From NCBI GenBank assembly GCA_964572825.1, contig CAZNGS010000011.1, positions 8,557-72,556 on the forward strand: 64,000 bases of DNA, given 5' to 3'. The first letter of the stretch is position 1. Each line of letters starts with the position of its first letter. Source of the DNA: an uncultured candidatus Brocadiaceae bacterium (lineage in GTDB: Bacteria; Planctomycetota; Brocadiia; SM23-32). The translations under genes were made by a program, and so were the position numbers. Positions 1 to 10,151 of this stretch are shown here, in pieces. The notes below the pieces were generated by a model, which did no database searches, was not told where the DNA came from, and saw only the letters and a program-made list of their open reading frames with translations.

Positions 1-180
1 GTCAGCATTGACCACGCCGTCAGCATCCCCATCGCCATGCTGGGCGGACGCCTCTGGGCCGCGGCGGGCAGCCACCGGCCTGTTTTTCTGGGAGCGGCCG
101 TCATCGCGCTCGCCACGCTGGCCGCCTGCCAGTTCATCCGCACCGGCCCACCCGGCGGGGTCGAGATGCCCGCCTCCTGA
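1..180 (+). CDS. C-terminal part of a membrane transporter, probably MFS (truncated by window edge)
   Basis: Frame 1 is open from base 1 to TGA at 178-180: VSIDHAVSIPIAMLGGRLW...VFLGAAVIALATLAACQF, two hydrophobic helices typical of the last MFS TMs. Confidence 0.6.
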   Translation, partial: VSIDHAVSIPIAMLGGRLWAAAGSHRPVFLGAAVIALATLAACQFIRTGPPGGVEMPAS

Positions 181-187
181 TCTTCGG

Positions 188-1390
188 TCATCCCAGCCCC
201 AACTCCTCCATCACCGCCTGGTTCCGGCCGATCAGTTCGAGGCGCTGCTTTACGCACGCGTGGGAGCGGAGCGGGTCCTCGGGAGTGTTCTTCACATAGT
301 CAAGCAGTTTCTGCTCGGTAGTCGTGGCCACGTGCATGCGCGTGTCGGAAGAGGCGTAGTAGATGAACACCTCCCCGCTCTCGCGCAGGACGGCCCCGTT
401 GCAGAAGACCACGTTCGAGACGTCGCCCACCCGCTCCTCGAACATGGGCGCGATCATGTAGCCCCCCGGGCGGTGCGTGACCCGCCACGGCTCCTCCAGG
501 TCGCACAGGAAGGCATACAGGGTGTAGCGCAGCCCCGATGCCGTGCCGCGCACTCCGTGCGCGATGTGGAGCCAGCCTTCCGCCGTCTTCAGCGGCGTCG
601 GCCCGGCGCCGTTCTTCACCTCGTTGACCGTGTGGTAGAGGCGGGGATCGATGATGGTCTCGTCCTCGATCCGGGCGTGCTCGATGCTCTCCGTCAGGCC
701 CCAGCCGATGCCGCCCTGGCGGCTCTGAGCGCCGCCGAAGCTCTCCTGCGGCCGGGTGTAGAAGGCATACTGCCCGTCCACGAACTGCGGGTGCAGCACG
801 GCGTTGCGCTGCTGGGCGGAGGGTGTCGCCAGGTCGTCCAGGCGCTCCCACGCGTCGAGGTCCCTCGTCCGGGCGACGCCGCACCGGGCGAGGGCGGCGG
901 ACTGGTTCCCCGGCGGGGCGTCGGGGTCCTTGCGTTCGGCACAGAACACGCCGTAGATCCAGCCGTCCTCGTGGCGGGTCAGTCGCATGTCGTAGATGTT
1001 CGTCTCGCCCTCGTCCGTCTCGGGCATCAGGATGGGCCGGTCCCGGAAGCGGAAGCCGTCCACGCCGGTCTCGCTTTCCGCCACGGCGAAAAAGGACTTC
1101 CGATCGTTTCCCTCCACGCGGCATACCAGACATATCTTGCCGTCCATCTCGACGGCCCCGGCGTTGAACACGGCGTTGATGCCCAGCCGTTCCATCAGGT
1201 GGGGGTTGCTTTCGTAGTTCAGATCGTAGCGCCAGGGAACGGGCACGTGCTCGCGCGTGACGACCGGGTGTTGCCGGCGCTCGTAGAGGCCGTTATGCCA
1301 GCGTTCGTCCACATCGTTGGGCCGGCTCAGCAGCGCTCGCTGGCGCCGGACCAGCTCGCGCAGCTTTCTCTCAAATTCGCTCTGTTTCAT
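188..1390 (-). CDS. GH130 glycoside phosphorylase (4-O-beta-D-mannosyl-D-glucose phosphorylase-like)
   Basis: Motifs [66 protein letters not shown]; start placed at MKQSEF behind an AAAGGA RBS. Confidence 0.9.
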   Translation of the reverse strand: MKQSEFERKLRELVRRQRALLSRPNDVDERWHNGLYERRQHPVVTREHVPVPWRYDLNYESNPHLMERLGINAVFNAGAVEMDGKICLVCRVEGNDRKSFFAVAESETGVDGFRFRDRPILMPETDEGETNIYDMRLTRHEDGWIYGVFCAERKDPDAPPGNQSAALARCGVARTRDLDAWERLDDLATPSAQQRNAVLHPQFVDGQYAFYTRPQESFGGAQSRQGGIGWGLTESIEHARIEDETIIDPRLYHTVNEVKNGAGPTPLKTAEGWLHIAHGVRGTASGLRYTLYAFLCDLEEPWRVTHRPGGYMIAPMFEERVGDVSNVVFCNGAVLRESGEVFIYYASSDTRMHVATTTEQKLLDYVKNTPEDPLRSHACVKQRLELIGRNQAVMEELGLG

Positions 1391-1949
1391 ACCACATGTT
1401 CCTTTACCGGGGTCATTTCGCGAGGAACGGAGCATACCGCAGGGACGTCGCGGCCACAACCGCGTTGCGGAGATGTGGCCATTTCCGCAGGAACGTTTTG
1501 GCGCGGCGACACGTTGACAGCCGTGGTGATTTCTCGCGTCAAGGCGTTGTTACGGCGAATGTTACGACAAATTCGGTTCGTTTTGTAATCGGGCCGATTT
1601 CCAGGCTCCGGTGCTTCGGATCGCGCCCTGGCGGCGCCAATCGTGGACTGAGTGGACGGGAGTGGACGAACGCCGAGCCCGCCCGGCCGTCCGCAGGACA
1701 CCGGCCGCCATCCGGCGGACATACCGCGTCAGCCGTGGCGGTTTCTGTGCGGACTGCGCCGGCCGGCCTGTGCTCGGTCGGGGTTGTCCGGCCGTCCGTA
1801 TCCATTGTTATTGTCGGCGGCGTCGAGCCTGCCATCTCCGTTGGCGTCTCTCAATCTGTGCGAATCTGCCGTCCGTCGTTGCCGGCAATGCACCTCACGC
1901 CGGCGTCGATTGGCCGTCATCAGTGGAGATCAGTGGCTACTGTGCGCTT

Positions 1950-2026
1950 ATTATAGTCGTTGTTCGAAATCTGTGTGTCCGGGTTGACCGAGTTGACCGG
2001 GAGAAATTCGGGATTTCCCATTTTTC
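1950..2026. repeat. Copy A of a 77-bp dispersed non-coding element (copy B at 40784-40860)
   Basis: Ungapped manual alignment to 40784-40860 gives 58/77 identities, including ATTATAGTCGTT and TTGACCG-N2-TTGACCG. Confidence 0.8.
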
Positions 2027-2146
2027 GCCGGTTCTTGCCGTGTTTCGGGCCGCTACCGCCGGGAGTCTTGCGCCGCCGCGCCGGGACGGGTATGTTGCCG
2101 CACTAAGGGGAAACCGATACCTGCACGACGACGAGAGGATGACGCT

Positions 2147-4876
2147 ATGACTGAGTCGCAGGCAATGCCCGAACCTGTTTACCGCCACCGCCGGTGCCTG
2201 GCCTCCGGCATACCGCTGGGCGGTCTGGGCACGGGGAGCGTCGAGATACGCGACGACGGGCGCTTCCACGACTGGGAGATATTCAACAACTACGCCTGGA
2301 GCGGCGACGGCCAGGCCCCGCCCCCGGAGATGTGGAGCGAGGACGCCTTCTTCGCCGTCCGGGTGCTGCAGGAGGGCGATTCGCCGCGGGTGCGGCTGCT
2401 CTACCACGATGACATGAAGTCCCGCTCGGTCTGCGCCAATTACCACCACGCGATCATGTACAACTTCCCCTTCCTGCGGAACGTGGACCGCATCACCTAC
2501 TGCGGGCAGCCGCCGTTCGCCCATCTGGCGTACGAAGACGACGGGCTGCCGCTGGAGCTGAGCCTGAGGGCCTTCACGCCCTTCATACCGTTCAACGCGA
2601 AGGACTCCGGGCTGCCGCTGGGCTGCTTCGTCTTCCGGGTCAAGAACACCGGCCGGGTTCCCTGTGAGACGTCGCTCATGTTCAGCATGAGGAACTGCGT
2701 CGGCTACGATCTGGACGGCCTCACGCTGCGCCACCGGGTGAAGCGCGACGAGGACGGGGCCCTGCTGCTGATGGACGGCACGGACCTGGACGGGACGCAC
2801 CGCACCTGTGGCTCGACGGCCCTGGCGTGCCCGGGGGAGGGAGTCTCCTGGATGCCCGCGTGGACGGACGGGCGGGGACTGGTGGGTTTCCCCTTCCCGG
2901 ACGCCCCCGCGCTGTCGCAGCTCTTCTACCCCTTCCGGGACGAGGGAGAGCTGAGCGGGTCCGCGCACGAGTGGCGCCGGGAGATAGAACGAAAGGACAT
3001 GGAACCGCCCTGCGGGTCCCTTCACTACGCCAGGCGCCAGGTGGGGTGGCGCTGGCGGGGCGCGCTGTGCCGGAAGCTGGGGCTGCAGCCGGGCGAGGAG
3101 GCGGAGGTGGTCTTCCTGCTGAGCTGGTTCTTCCCCAACCACTACCACTACTTCGCGCGCGACGTCCGGCTGGGGCACGCCTACGAGAACTGGTTCTCCG
3201 ATGCCGAGGAGGTGGTCCGGTACGGACGGGAGAACTTCGATCGGCTGCACCAGGAGACGCGGGCGTTCTGCGATAACCTCTACGAGGGCAGCCTGCCGGG
3301 CTGGCTTTCCGCCTCGCTGTCGGCGCAGCTCACCACCTTCCCGCAGAGCTTCTGGTGGACGAAGGACGGCGAGATCGCGGCGTGGGAGGGTTCGGCGTGC
3401 TGCCAGATAATCCCGGCAGCGCGCACGCCCTGGTCGTCCTGGCAGCCGCTGCTGTTCTTCCCCGAGCTGGCCCTGGAGATGGCCCGGCGGATGGCGCGGT
3501 TTTCCCCGGATGAGAAGGGGGCCGAGGGGGAGGGCATGGACTTCCTGGCGGCCGATCGGCGGCGCAAACGGGTCTCCCGGCGGTCCAGGCGGGGCCAGTT
3601 CGGCGGTTGGTACGAGAACCGCTTCAAGAAGTACGGCTACGACCGCGAGGACATCACCGGTCCCCGCGTGCGGCCGCACAGACGGTCGGCCCTCTCCTCG
3701 GAGGCCATGGCCGTGCAGGCGCTGCGTGACTACGTCTGGACCGGGGACGCCGAGTATCTGCGCGAGGTCTGGCCGCTGGTGCGCGACATGCTGGAGGCGC
3801 GCATCGAGGCCGACGAGAACGGCGACGGGCTGCCGGACGGGCTGATATCGTTCATCACCTACGACCACTGGTTCCTGCCGGCCACCAACTGCTACAAGTG
3901 CACCATGTGGCTGGCGGAGCTGAAGGCCGCTGCCCGTGTCGCGGAGCTGCTGGGAGACGACGAGGCCGCATGCAGCTTCCGGGAAGTGCTGCGCCGTGGC
4001 GCGCGGAGCTTCGAGGAGCTGCTCTGGAACGGGGAGTACTACAACCTGTGCTTCGACCCCAAAAAGGAGCGGCCTGACGAGGGTTGCATGGCGGACCAGG
4101 TAAGCGGGCACCTGTATCTGCGGCTCTGCGGCCTGGGGCCGGTGCACGAGCAGGAACGTGTGCGATCGGCACTCCGGGCGGTGCATCGCTACAACCGGAA
4201 GCCCGAGGAGGGCCTGCTGAACGGGGCTGACCCCCGGGGCCGGCAGGACTGGCGTTATTTTGCGCGGTTTTCCCGTCGCGGAGACGACGAGTCTCTGGCC
4301 GGCCAGTGGGTGACGCCCTGGACCGGGACGGAGTACTACGTGAGCGCCGTGATGATTGCCGAGGGCCTGGTCGCGGAGGGCCTCGACGTGGCCAGGGACA
4401 TCTACCAGCGTCACGCCGCCGCGGGCATGCTCTACAATCACATCGAATGCGGAGAACACTATTTCCGCCCCATGGCGGCGTGGGCGGTGCTGCCGGCGCT
4501 GCAGGGCCTGGTATGGAACGCAGGGGAAGGCGCGCTGACGGTGGCGCCGCGGCTGCCTTCCGACGATTTTGACTCCCCCTTCATCCTGCCGGGCGCCTGG
4601 GGTCGGCTGCGGCGGACCCGCTCGGACGGCCTGCAGAGGAACGAAGTGCGGGTGGAGTCGGGGGAGTTGACGCTGGCGTCGCTCGCAGTCGAATTACCGT
4701 CCGGCAGTGAGAGCAGAACATACGACTGCGCCCTCCTTCTAAACGGTCAAGAGCTGGAAGGCACGCCCGAGCGCGCCGGCGATTGGCTGACCGTGCGGCT
4801 GGCCGGACAGGTGAGGCTGCAGGCCGGAGACATCCTGGCGCTCAGGGCGGCGGAGCCCCCTGGATGTGGGGGGTGA
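2147..4876 (+). CDS. GH116 family glycosyl hydrolase (non-lysosomal glucosylceramidase-like)
   Basis: N-terminal SGIPLGGLGTGSVEIRDDGRFHDWEIFNN, F(T)PFIP.NAKDSGLP, TYD.W, LWNGEYY, MADQ, WTGTEY, NHIECGEHYFR motifs. Confidence 0.88.
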   Translation: MTESQAMPEPVYRHRRCLASGIPLGGLGTGSVEIRDDGRFHDWEIFNNYAWSGDGQAPPPEMWSEDAFFAVRVLQEGDSPRVRLLYHDDMKSRSVCANYHHAIMYNFPFLRNVDRITYCGQPPFAHLAYEDDGLPLELSLRAFTPFIPFNAKDSGLPLGCFVFRVKNTGRVPCETSLMFSMRNCVGYDLDGLTLRHRVKRDEDGALLLMDGTDLDGTHRTCGSTALACPGEGVSWMPAWTDGRGLVGFPFPDAPALSQLFYPFRDEGELSGSAHEWRREIERKDMEPPCGSLHYARRQVGWRWRGALCRKLGLQPGEEAEVVFLLSWFFPNHYHYFARDVRLGHAYENWFSDAEEVVRYGRENFDRLHQETRAFCDNLYEGSLPGWLSASLSAQLTTFPQSFWWTKDGEIAAWEGSACCQIIPAARTPWSSWQPLLFFPELALEMARRMARFSPDEKGAEGEGMDFLAADRRRKRVSRRSRRGQFGGWYENRFKKYGYDREDITGPRVRPHRRSALSSEAMAVQALRDYVWTGDAEYLREVWPLVRDMLEARIEADENGDGLPDGLISFITYDHWFLPATNCYKCTMWLAELKAAARVAELLGDDEAACSFREVLRRGARSFEELLWNGEYYNLCFDPKKERPDEGCMADQVSGHLYLRLCGLGPVHEQERVRSALRAVHRYNRKPEEGLLNGADPRGRQDWRYFARFSRRGDDESLAGQWVTPWTGTEYYVSAVMIAEGLVAEGLDVARDIYQRHAAAGMLYNHIECGEHYFRPMAAWAVLPALQGLVWNAGEGALTVAPRLPSDDFDSPFILPGAWGRLRRTRSDGLQRNEVRVESGELTLASLAVELPSGSESRTYDCALLLNGQELEGTPERAGDWLTVRLAGQVRLQAGDILALRAAEPPGCGG

Positions 4877-5627
4877 CCGTGAGGACCACGCGCCGGCTCT
4901 CGCGCTCGCGGGTCCAGGAGAACAGCGCAGCGCCGACGCTCTCGCAGGACTCATCCGTCCCGCCGATCACCAGCGGTTGGCCGTGGCGGGTGACGACCTC
5001 GGTGGTCATCTCCGTCAGCTCGATCGTGCGGCCCTCGCGGGTGCTGAAGGCGGGGTAGAGCTTCACGCGCACGCGGTCGTCGGGCAGTATCTCGGGGACG
5101 CTCACCAGCGAGGCGCCCACGAATTCGTCCTCCAGCAGCACCACGTGGCCGCGCGGGGTCCAGAACCGCAGGCGGGGGACGTATATCTGCCGCCCCACGG
5201 TGATGGTGCCCTTCGTGCCTGTGAGCGAGGTGATGAACGTTTTGACCACGCGGTAGGTGTGGCCCTCGTTCAGCGCCGCGCCGAACGCCGCCCGGAAGCC
5301 ATCCTTCGCGACCCCGACCCGCAGCCCGTTGCGCCGCGCCAGCGAGCCGCCGCCCGCGACCACGTTTCGGTCCACGTACCGCCAGGCCGTCTCCAGGTTC
5401 ACCCGGTCCCGCCGGTCGAACAGCACCTTCTCGACCACCATCGTCACGTTGCCGGTGCGCTCACCCGGGGGCGGCAGCTTTTCCGCCCTCTCCAGCCCCT
5501 CACGGACTTCCCATCGCGGATCGGACCGGCGGGGCTGCGGGGCCGGGGAGTCGAAATCCCATCCCTCGCTCGAAACGCACCCCACCGCCGCCAGCACCAC
5601 CAGCACCGCCCAATGCGGTCTTGTCAT
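4842..5627 (-). CDS. Putative lipoprotein, possibly with a small secretin-like C-terminal domain
   Basis: AAAGGAGG RBS, signal peptide with lipobox LAAVGC; C-terminal TTEVVTRHGQPLVIGG resembles the end of secretin domains. Confidence 0.55.
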   Translation of the reverse strand: MTRPHWAVLVVLAAVGCVSSEGWDFDSPAPQPRRSDPRWEVREGLERAEKLPPPGERTGNVTMVVEKVLFDRRDRVNLETAWRYVDRNVVAGGGSLARRNGLRVGVAKDGFRAAFGAALNEGHTYRVVKTFITSLTGTKGTITVGRQIYVPRLRFWTPRGHVVLLEDEFVGASLVSVPEILPDDRVRVKLYPAFSTREGRTIELTEMTTEVVTRHGQPLVIGGTDESCESVGAALFSWTRERESRRVVLTVTPHIQGAPPP

Positions 5628-5720
5628 ACTTCCTCCTTTCCAGGGTCCATCATACCACGCTGGGGCGGCACATCGATTTCCAGGAGCCCAATCGGCCGTG
5701 CCTGCGCGTGTCACGCGGCA

Positions 5721-7649
5721 TCAAAACGGGGGCGCGGCGCCGCCGGTGAGGGTCCTGACCAGCACGGAGGCCCCGTCCAGGAATCCCTCCACCATGATGA
5801 CCGCGATGAAGAAGCGCCGCGCCTTGCGGAGCGTGCGCCCGCCGGTGAACTTCATGATGCCTACCTTGATGGCCCACCCCAGCAGGAACTGGAACCACAG
5901 CCGCTGGGCGTGCCAGCTACTGCAGGTCATCAGGCCGATGCCGTGAATGGGCCACCAGTAGAAGCGCGCCCGCAGGAACATCATGAGCCCCATCAGCCCC
6001 ATCCCGGTGAACAGCGGGCGCAGGTAGGCCCGGGCGGCGACCGTGGGCTGGGTGATCATCCGGTGGGCGCCGTCGAATATGTTCTGGGGGATGATCAACT
6101 GGCTCCAGTTGTCGGCGAAGTTCGCTGCCCCCATGCTGTAGGCCTGGGTCAGGACCGTGTATGTCCCGCAGAACATGCCGACCAGTGTGGCCGCCAGCAT
6201 GGCGGGAAGCAGCCAGCGACGGCCCCGCTCGAATACCTCCGAGATGCGGAACGCGTTCATGGCCATGGGCGCCAGGAAGACCGTGCCGCCGCGCACCAGC
6301 ATGTATGTCTGCATGCGCCCTATGACCGCTCCCGGCGGGGTCAGGGCATGGCCGCCGCTGAGGCCGTTGACGATGCCCTCCATGTCCCAGATGGTGCGGG
6401 CCACGTAGAGGCCGCCCTGGGCCACCATCCGGGCGTAGGCGATGTACCAGCAGAACATGAGCGCCAGAAATGCCACCGCGGTCAGCACGCGCATGCCGTG
6501 CACCCAGTACCACGTCACGCAGAGGCCCAGCGCCAGGAGGCAGCCCCAGAACGCGACCGGGTAAGGGACGGGCTCCCCGGATTCATCATCCGTCGCCGGG
6601 CGGCCGAGTGCCCTCCGCGCCACCCGCAGCAGGTGGCGGCGGGCCATGTAGAACGCGCCTCCCGCGAAGGCGATGTAGGCGCCCACCTGCTGCCAGCTCA
6701 TCAGCGGGCTCCACGTCCCCGCCCCCTCCGGCAGCGCCAGCCACCGGCTGACCAGTATCTGGGCGCGGCTGAACAGGAAGAAGAACCAGACGCTCAGGGA
6801 GACGTCGGCGGGCACAAGGAAGGCGAACCCCACGGCGAAAGGGGAGACGTTCAGGTTGGCAAAGCCGCCATACTGCAGCGGCGTGCCCTGAAACGCGTCC
6901 TGGAAGGGGACCGTGAACGCCATGGGCGTCTCGGCGCCGAAGAAAAGGGGCAGGGCCAGTATGAGCCGCCACAGACCGGCCGCCGCCAGGCCGACCCGGA
7001 ACGCCCGGTCATAGAAGATGCCGGGCAGCAGCCGCCCCCCGCCGGCCTCCTGGGTGAATTCCAGGGGAACGCGCGCCAGCGGGAACATGAGCCGCTCCAC
7101 CTCCACCCACTGGCGCCGCAGGATGGCGCACAGAAAGAAGGTCGCCAGGTAGAGCACCACCAGGAACGCCGACCACGTCAGGAGGGGCCGCGCCCACTGC
7201 CTCCAGGGCACACGTCCCTTCTCCCCGCCTCCCTCGAAGAAACGCCGTGCCGCCTCGGAGCGGGGGTTCTTGCTGAGCACCAGGTTCTCAGGCGCCAGCG
7301 CGAGCGAGCCGCCTTCCTCCCAGGGCAGGTCCGCCCGGCGCGCCAGGTAAGGCCCCCCGGCCATGGCCGAATACCAGAAGCGTCCCACCCCATCCCCGGG
7401 TATGGTGAGCCCCACGATGAGCATGCACCACACCAGCATCAGTTCCGCCCGCCGCAGCTCCCACCCGCGCCGCAGGAGCTTGAGCAGCAGGTTGAGGCCC
7501 AGGGTCAGCAGGACGATGACCAGCACCGCGCCGTTGGGGAAGGAACTGTTGCTGAGCCAGCCGTAGCGCTTGATCCAGGCCCCGTACGGCGACAGGAGCG
7601 TGACCCCCGCCACCGTCAGCAGGCCGATCAGGAACGCTCGCAGGGTCAT
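5721..7649 (-). CDS. Polytopic membrane protein, DUF6785/DUF6784-like putative peptide or oligomer transporter
   Basis: 642 aa, many TM helices, motifs LRRQWVEVERLMFPLA, AFLVPADVSLSVWFFF, RARFYWWPIHGIG. Confidence 0.7.
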   Translation of the reverse strand: MTLRAFLIGLLTVAGVTLLSPYGAWIKRYGWLSNSSFPNGAVLVIVLLTLGLNLLLKLLRRGWELRRAELMLVWCMLIVGLTIPGDGVGRFWYSAMAGGPYLARRADLPWEEGGSLALAPENLVLSKNPRSEAARRFFEGGGEKGRVPWRQWARPLLTWSAFLVVLYLATFFLCAILRRQWVEVERLMFPLARVPLEFTQEAGGGRLLPGIFYDRAFRVGLAAAGLWRLILALPLFFGAETPMAFTVPFQDAFQGTPLQYGGFANLNVSPFAVGFAFLVPADVSLSVWFFFLFSRAQILVSRWLALPEGAGTWSPLMSWQQVGAYIAFAGGAFYMARRHLLRVARRALGRPATDDESGEPVPYPVAFWGCLLALGLCVTWYWVHGMRVLTAVAFLALMFCWYIAYARMVAQGGLYVARTIWDMEGIVNGLSGGHALTPPGAVIGRMQTYMLVRGGTVFLAPMAMNAFRISEVFERGRRWLLPAMLAATLVGMFCGTYTVLTQAYSMGAANFADNWSQLIIPQNIFDGAHRMITQPTVAARAYLRPLFTGMGLMGLMMFLRARFYWWPIHGIGLMTCSSWHAQRLWFQFLLGWAIKVGIMKFTGGRTLRKARRFFIAVIMVEGFLDGASVLVRTLTGGAAPPF

Positions 7650-7703
7650 TTGGCCGGCGCTCCTCGCCAGGAGGAAGGGCAGGAAAGATGATGCCCGGGG
7701 CGG

Positions 7704-9182
7704 TCACTCCTCCAGCAGGCGCCGGTACTCGCCGTAGCGGTCTTCCCAGCGGCTCCGCTCCCGCGGCTCGTAGGTGCGCATCTCGGCAGACTCAGCGGCG
7801 ATCCGCCGAATCTCCTCCGGCGAACTCACGAAGCCCCCGGCGTACGCCTGCACCAGCAGGTTGCCCATCACCGTTGCCTCCACCGGACCCGCCTCGACGG
7901 CCAGCCCCGTGGCGTCCGCAGTGAGCTGACACAAAAGGGTGTTCAGCGACCCGCCGCCCACGATGTGCAACGTTCTGTAAGTGCGGCCCAGGATGCCGGC
8001 GATCCGGTCCAGGGCGTATCGGTAGGAGAGCGCCAGGCTCTCCAGGATCAGTCGCGTCATCTCCGCAGGGCCTTCGGGCAGCGGCTGGTCGGTGCGCCGG
8101 CAGAAGGCCCGGATGGCCTCCGGCATGTCGTCGGGGGCCATGAAACTCTCGTCATTGGGATCGAGCATCGCCTCGGACGGCGGCACGGCCCCGGCCATTT
8201 CCACCAGTTCGGGGTAGGAGTAGGAGCCCCCGTCGGCCTCCCAGCAGGCCCGGGCCTGCTGGAGGAGCCAGAGGCCCATGATGTTCTGGCAGAGGAAGAA
8301 GCTGTCCAGCGTCAGCTCGTTGCACAGCCCGGCGCCGAGCGCCTCCCCGGTGGTCACCACGTCGTCGGTCAGACTGCCCAGGATGGACCACGTGCCGGAG
8401 CTGAGGAAGGCCGCCCGGTCGTCCCCCGCGCCCGGCACCGCCGCCACCGCGGAGCCCGTGTCGTGCGTGCAGGGAGCGATGACCCGGGCGCCGGTCAGCC
8501 CGGTGTCGGCCGCCACGCTTTCGCGGAGTTCCCCCAGGACGGTGCCCGGGTCGATCACCTCGGGCATGATGGCCAGGGGCAGCTCGAAGGTCTGGAAGAC
8601 CTCCGGATGCCAGCCGCCGCTCCGCGGATCGTAGAGCTGGGTGGAGATGGCGTTGGTGCGCTCGCAGCCGCGCTCGCCGCACAGGAAGTAGGCCAGCAGG
8701 TCCGGCATCATCAGGAAGCCGTCCGCGCACTCCAGCAGGGGGCTGTCCGACTGGCGTAGCGAGACCATCTGGCACAGCGTGTAGATGGGCAGCAGGAAGA
8801 TGCCCGTGCGGGCATACAGGTCCTTCTCGGGCATCCTCTGTTTCACCACTTCCGGCATGCCCTCGGTGCGCTCGTCGCGATAGCAGACCGGGTTCTGCAG
8901 CAGGGAGCCGTCGGCGGCCAGCAGCCCGAAATCCACGGCCCACGTGTCGATCCCGATGCTGTCGATGGCGTCGTCGAAGCGTTCAGCGGCCGCGCGCATG
9001 CCCTTGAGCACGTTGTTGTAGAGGGCCAGCACGTCCCAGTGGAGGGTTCCGCAGACCTGGACCGGTTCGTTCGCGAACCGATGTATCTCCTCCATCGAGA
9101 CACGCCCTTCCTGCAGCGTGCCGACGACCACCCGTCCGCTCTCTGCACCAAGGTCCGCCGCGAGAAAACGCTTATGTTGCAT
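7704..9182 (-). CDS. rhaB: Rhamnulokinase family FGGY sugar kinase
   Basis: LAADLGAESGR, SIGIDTWAVDFGLL, HDTGSAVAAVP, FLSSGTWSILG, HIVGGGS, AGPVEAT.GN. Confidence 0.88.
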   Translation of the reverse strand: MQHKRFLAADLGAESGRVVVGTLQEGRVSMEEIHRFANEPVQVCGTLHWDVLALYNNVLKGMRAAAERFDDAIDSIGIDTWAVDFGLLAADGSLLQNPVCYRDERTEGMPEVVKQRMPEKDLYARTGIFLLPIYTLCQMVSLRQSDSPLLECADGFLMMPDLLAYFLCGERGCERTNAISTQLYDPRSGGWHPEVFQTFELPLAIMPEVIDPGTVLGELRESVAADTGLTGARVIAPCTHDTGSAVAAVPGAGDDRAAFLSSGTWSILGSLTDDVVTTGEALGAGLCNELTLDSFFLCQNIMGLWLLQQARACWEADGGSYSYPELVEMAGAVPPSEAMLDPNDESFMAPDDMPEAIRAFCRRTDQPLPEGPAEMTRLILESLALSYRYALDRIAGILGRTYRTLHIVGGGSLNTLLCQLTADATGLAVEAGPVEATVMGNLLVQAYAGGFVSSPEEIRRIAAESAEMRTYEPRERSRWEDRYGEYRRLLEE

Positions 9183-9227
9183 GGGAAACTCCGGAAAAAG
9201 CAGTACAGGCTCCGGCCGGGGACGCGA

Positions 9228-10091
9228 TCAGTCCCGCAGCATCCGTTGCACGCGCTGCTCCGCCTCGTCGGCCAGTTTTCTGGCCTTCTCGCTTCCCCGC
9301 GAGGCAACCAGAAAGTAGAGGCAGTCGATCACGCACATCTGTGCAATGCGAGAGGACGAGACGGCGGCGTTGATGTGATGCTCCCGGAAAGCCGTGATCA
9401 GGCTGCATTCGGCCGCCTGCGCCAGGGGCGACTGGGGGTAGTTGGTGAGGGCCACCGTCCACGCACCGCGCTGCCCGGCCGTGCTCACCGCCTCGATGAC
9501 GTGGGCGGTCAGGCCGGTGTGGCTGATGCCTATCACGCCGTCGCCGTCCGAGACGTTGGCCGTCACGAAGATCATCTCCGCCGGGTCCACCACTGCCGTG
9601 GCCGTCAGCCCGAGGCTGATGAAACGCTGGGCGCCCTCCCTGGCCACCAGTCCGGACCCCCCCACTCCCAGGAGGAACGTCCGCGGGGCCTTCTCGATGC
9701 GCCGCGCGATCCCGATCAGCACGTCCTGGTCGAGCACTTTCTCGGTCTGCTGGAGGCTGGAGCGATTGATCTCGAAGACGCTGCCCACCACCACTTCCGG
9801 GGGTGCCCCTTCCACGAAGTCGTCGAGGGTCAGCTCGTCGGTCTGCGCCACGGCGGTGACCAGATCGAGCTGGAAGTCCCGGTAGCTCTCGTAGCCCAGC
9901 GCCCGACAGAAACGGGACACCGTGGCGGTGCTGGTGCCCGCGCCTGCGGCCAGTTCCTCGATGGGCATGCGGCGGGCCTGGTCCGCATGGTCCAGCACGA
10001 AACGCCCCACCCGCGCCTGCGAGTCAGGCGCATCCCGCAGGTGCGCGTGAATCCTCGCCAGGCACGACCCTTCCGTATTGCCAGTGACCAT
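9228..10091 (-). CDS. RpiR/MurR family transcriptional regulator (HTH + SIS)
   Basis: IEELAAGAGTSTATVSRFCRALGYESY HTH; LGVGGSGLVA and GISHTG SIS motifs. Confidence 0.92.
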   Translation of the reverse strand: MVTGNTEGSCLARIHAHLRDAPDSQARVGRFVLDHADQARRMPIEELAAGAGTSTATVSRFCRALGYESYRDFQLDLVTAVAQTDELTLDDFVEGAPPEVVVGSVFEINRSSLQQTEKVLDQDVLIGIARRIEKAPRTFLLGVGGSGLVAREGAQRFISLGLTATAVVDPAEMIFVTANVSDGDGVIGISHTGLTAHVIEAVSTAGQRGAWTVALTNYPQSPLAQAAECSLITAFREHHINAAVSSSRIAQMCVIDCLYFLVASRGSEKARKLADEAEQRVQRMLRD

Positions 10092-10151
10092 GGGGACCCT
10101 CGCCAGAGTTGGAGGAGGAGATGCCGTCCCATCCGCTGTCAGGATTCTAAT

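Noticed and set aside
8-1588. 526-aa plus-strand ORF, and similar long ORFs at 1937-4459, 4866-7691, 29890-31470, 32486-34477, 35496-37322, 38643-40475 and 55485-58646
   Set aside because: Antisense shadows of well-supported genes, expected in high-GC DNA; no recognisable motifs
9966-9978. 13-nt match (CATGCGGCGGGCC) between spacer 2 and the RpiR gene; weaker match of spacer 3 near 54070
   Set aside because: Too short and GC-rich to separate from chance; no full self-targeting protospacer seen by eye
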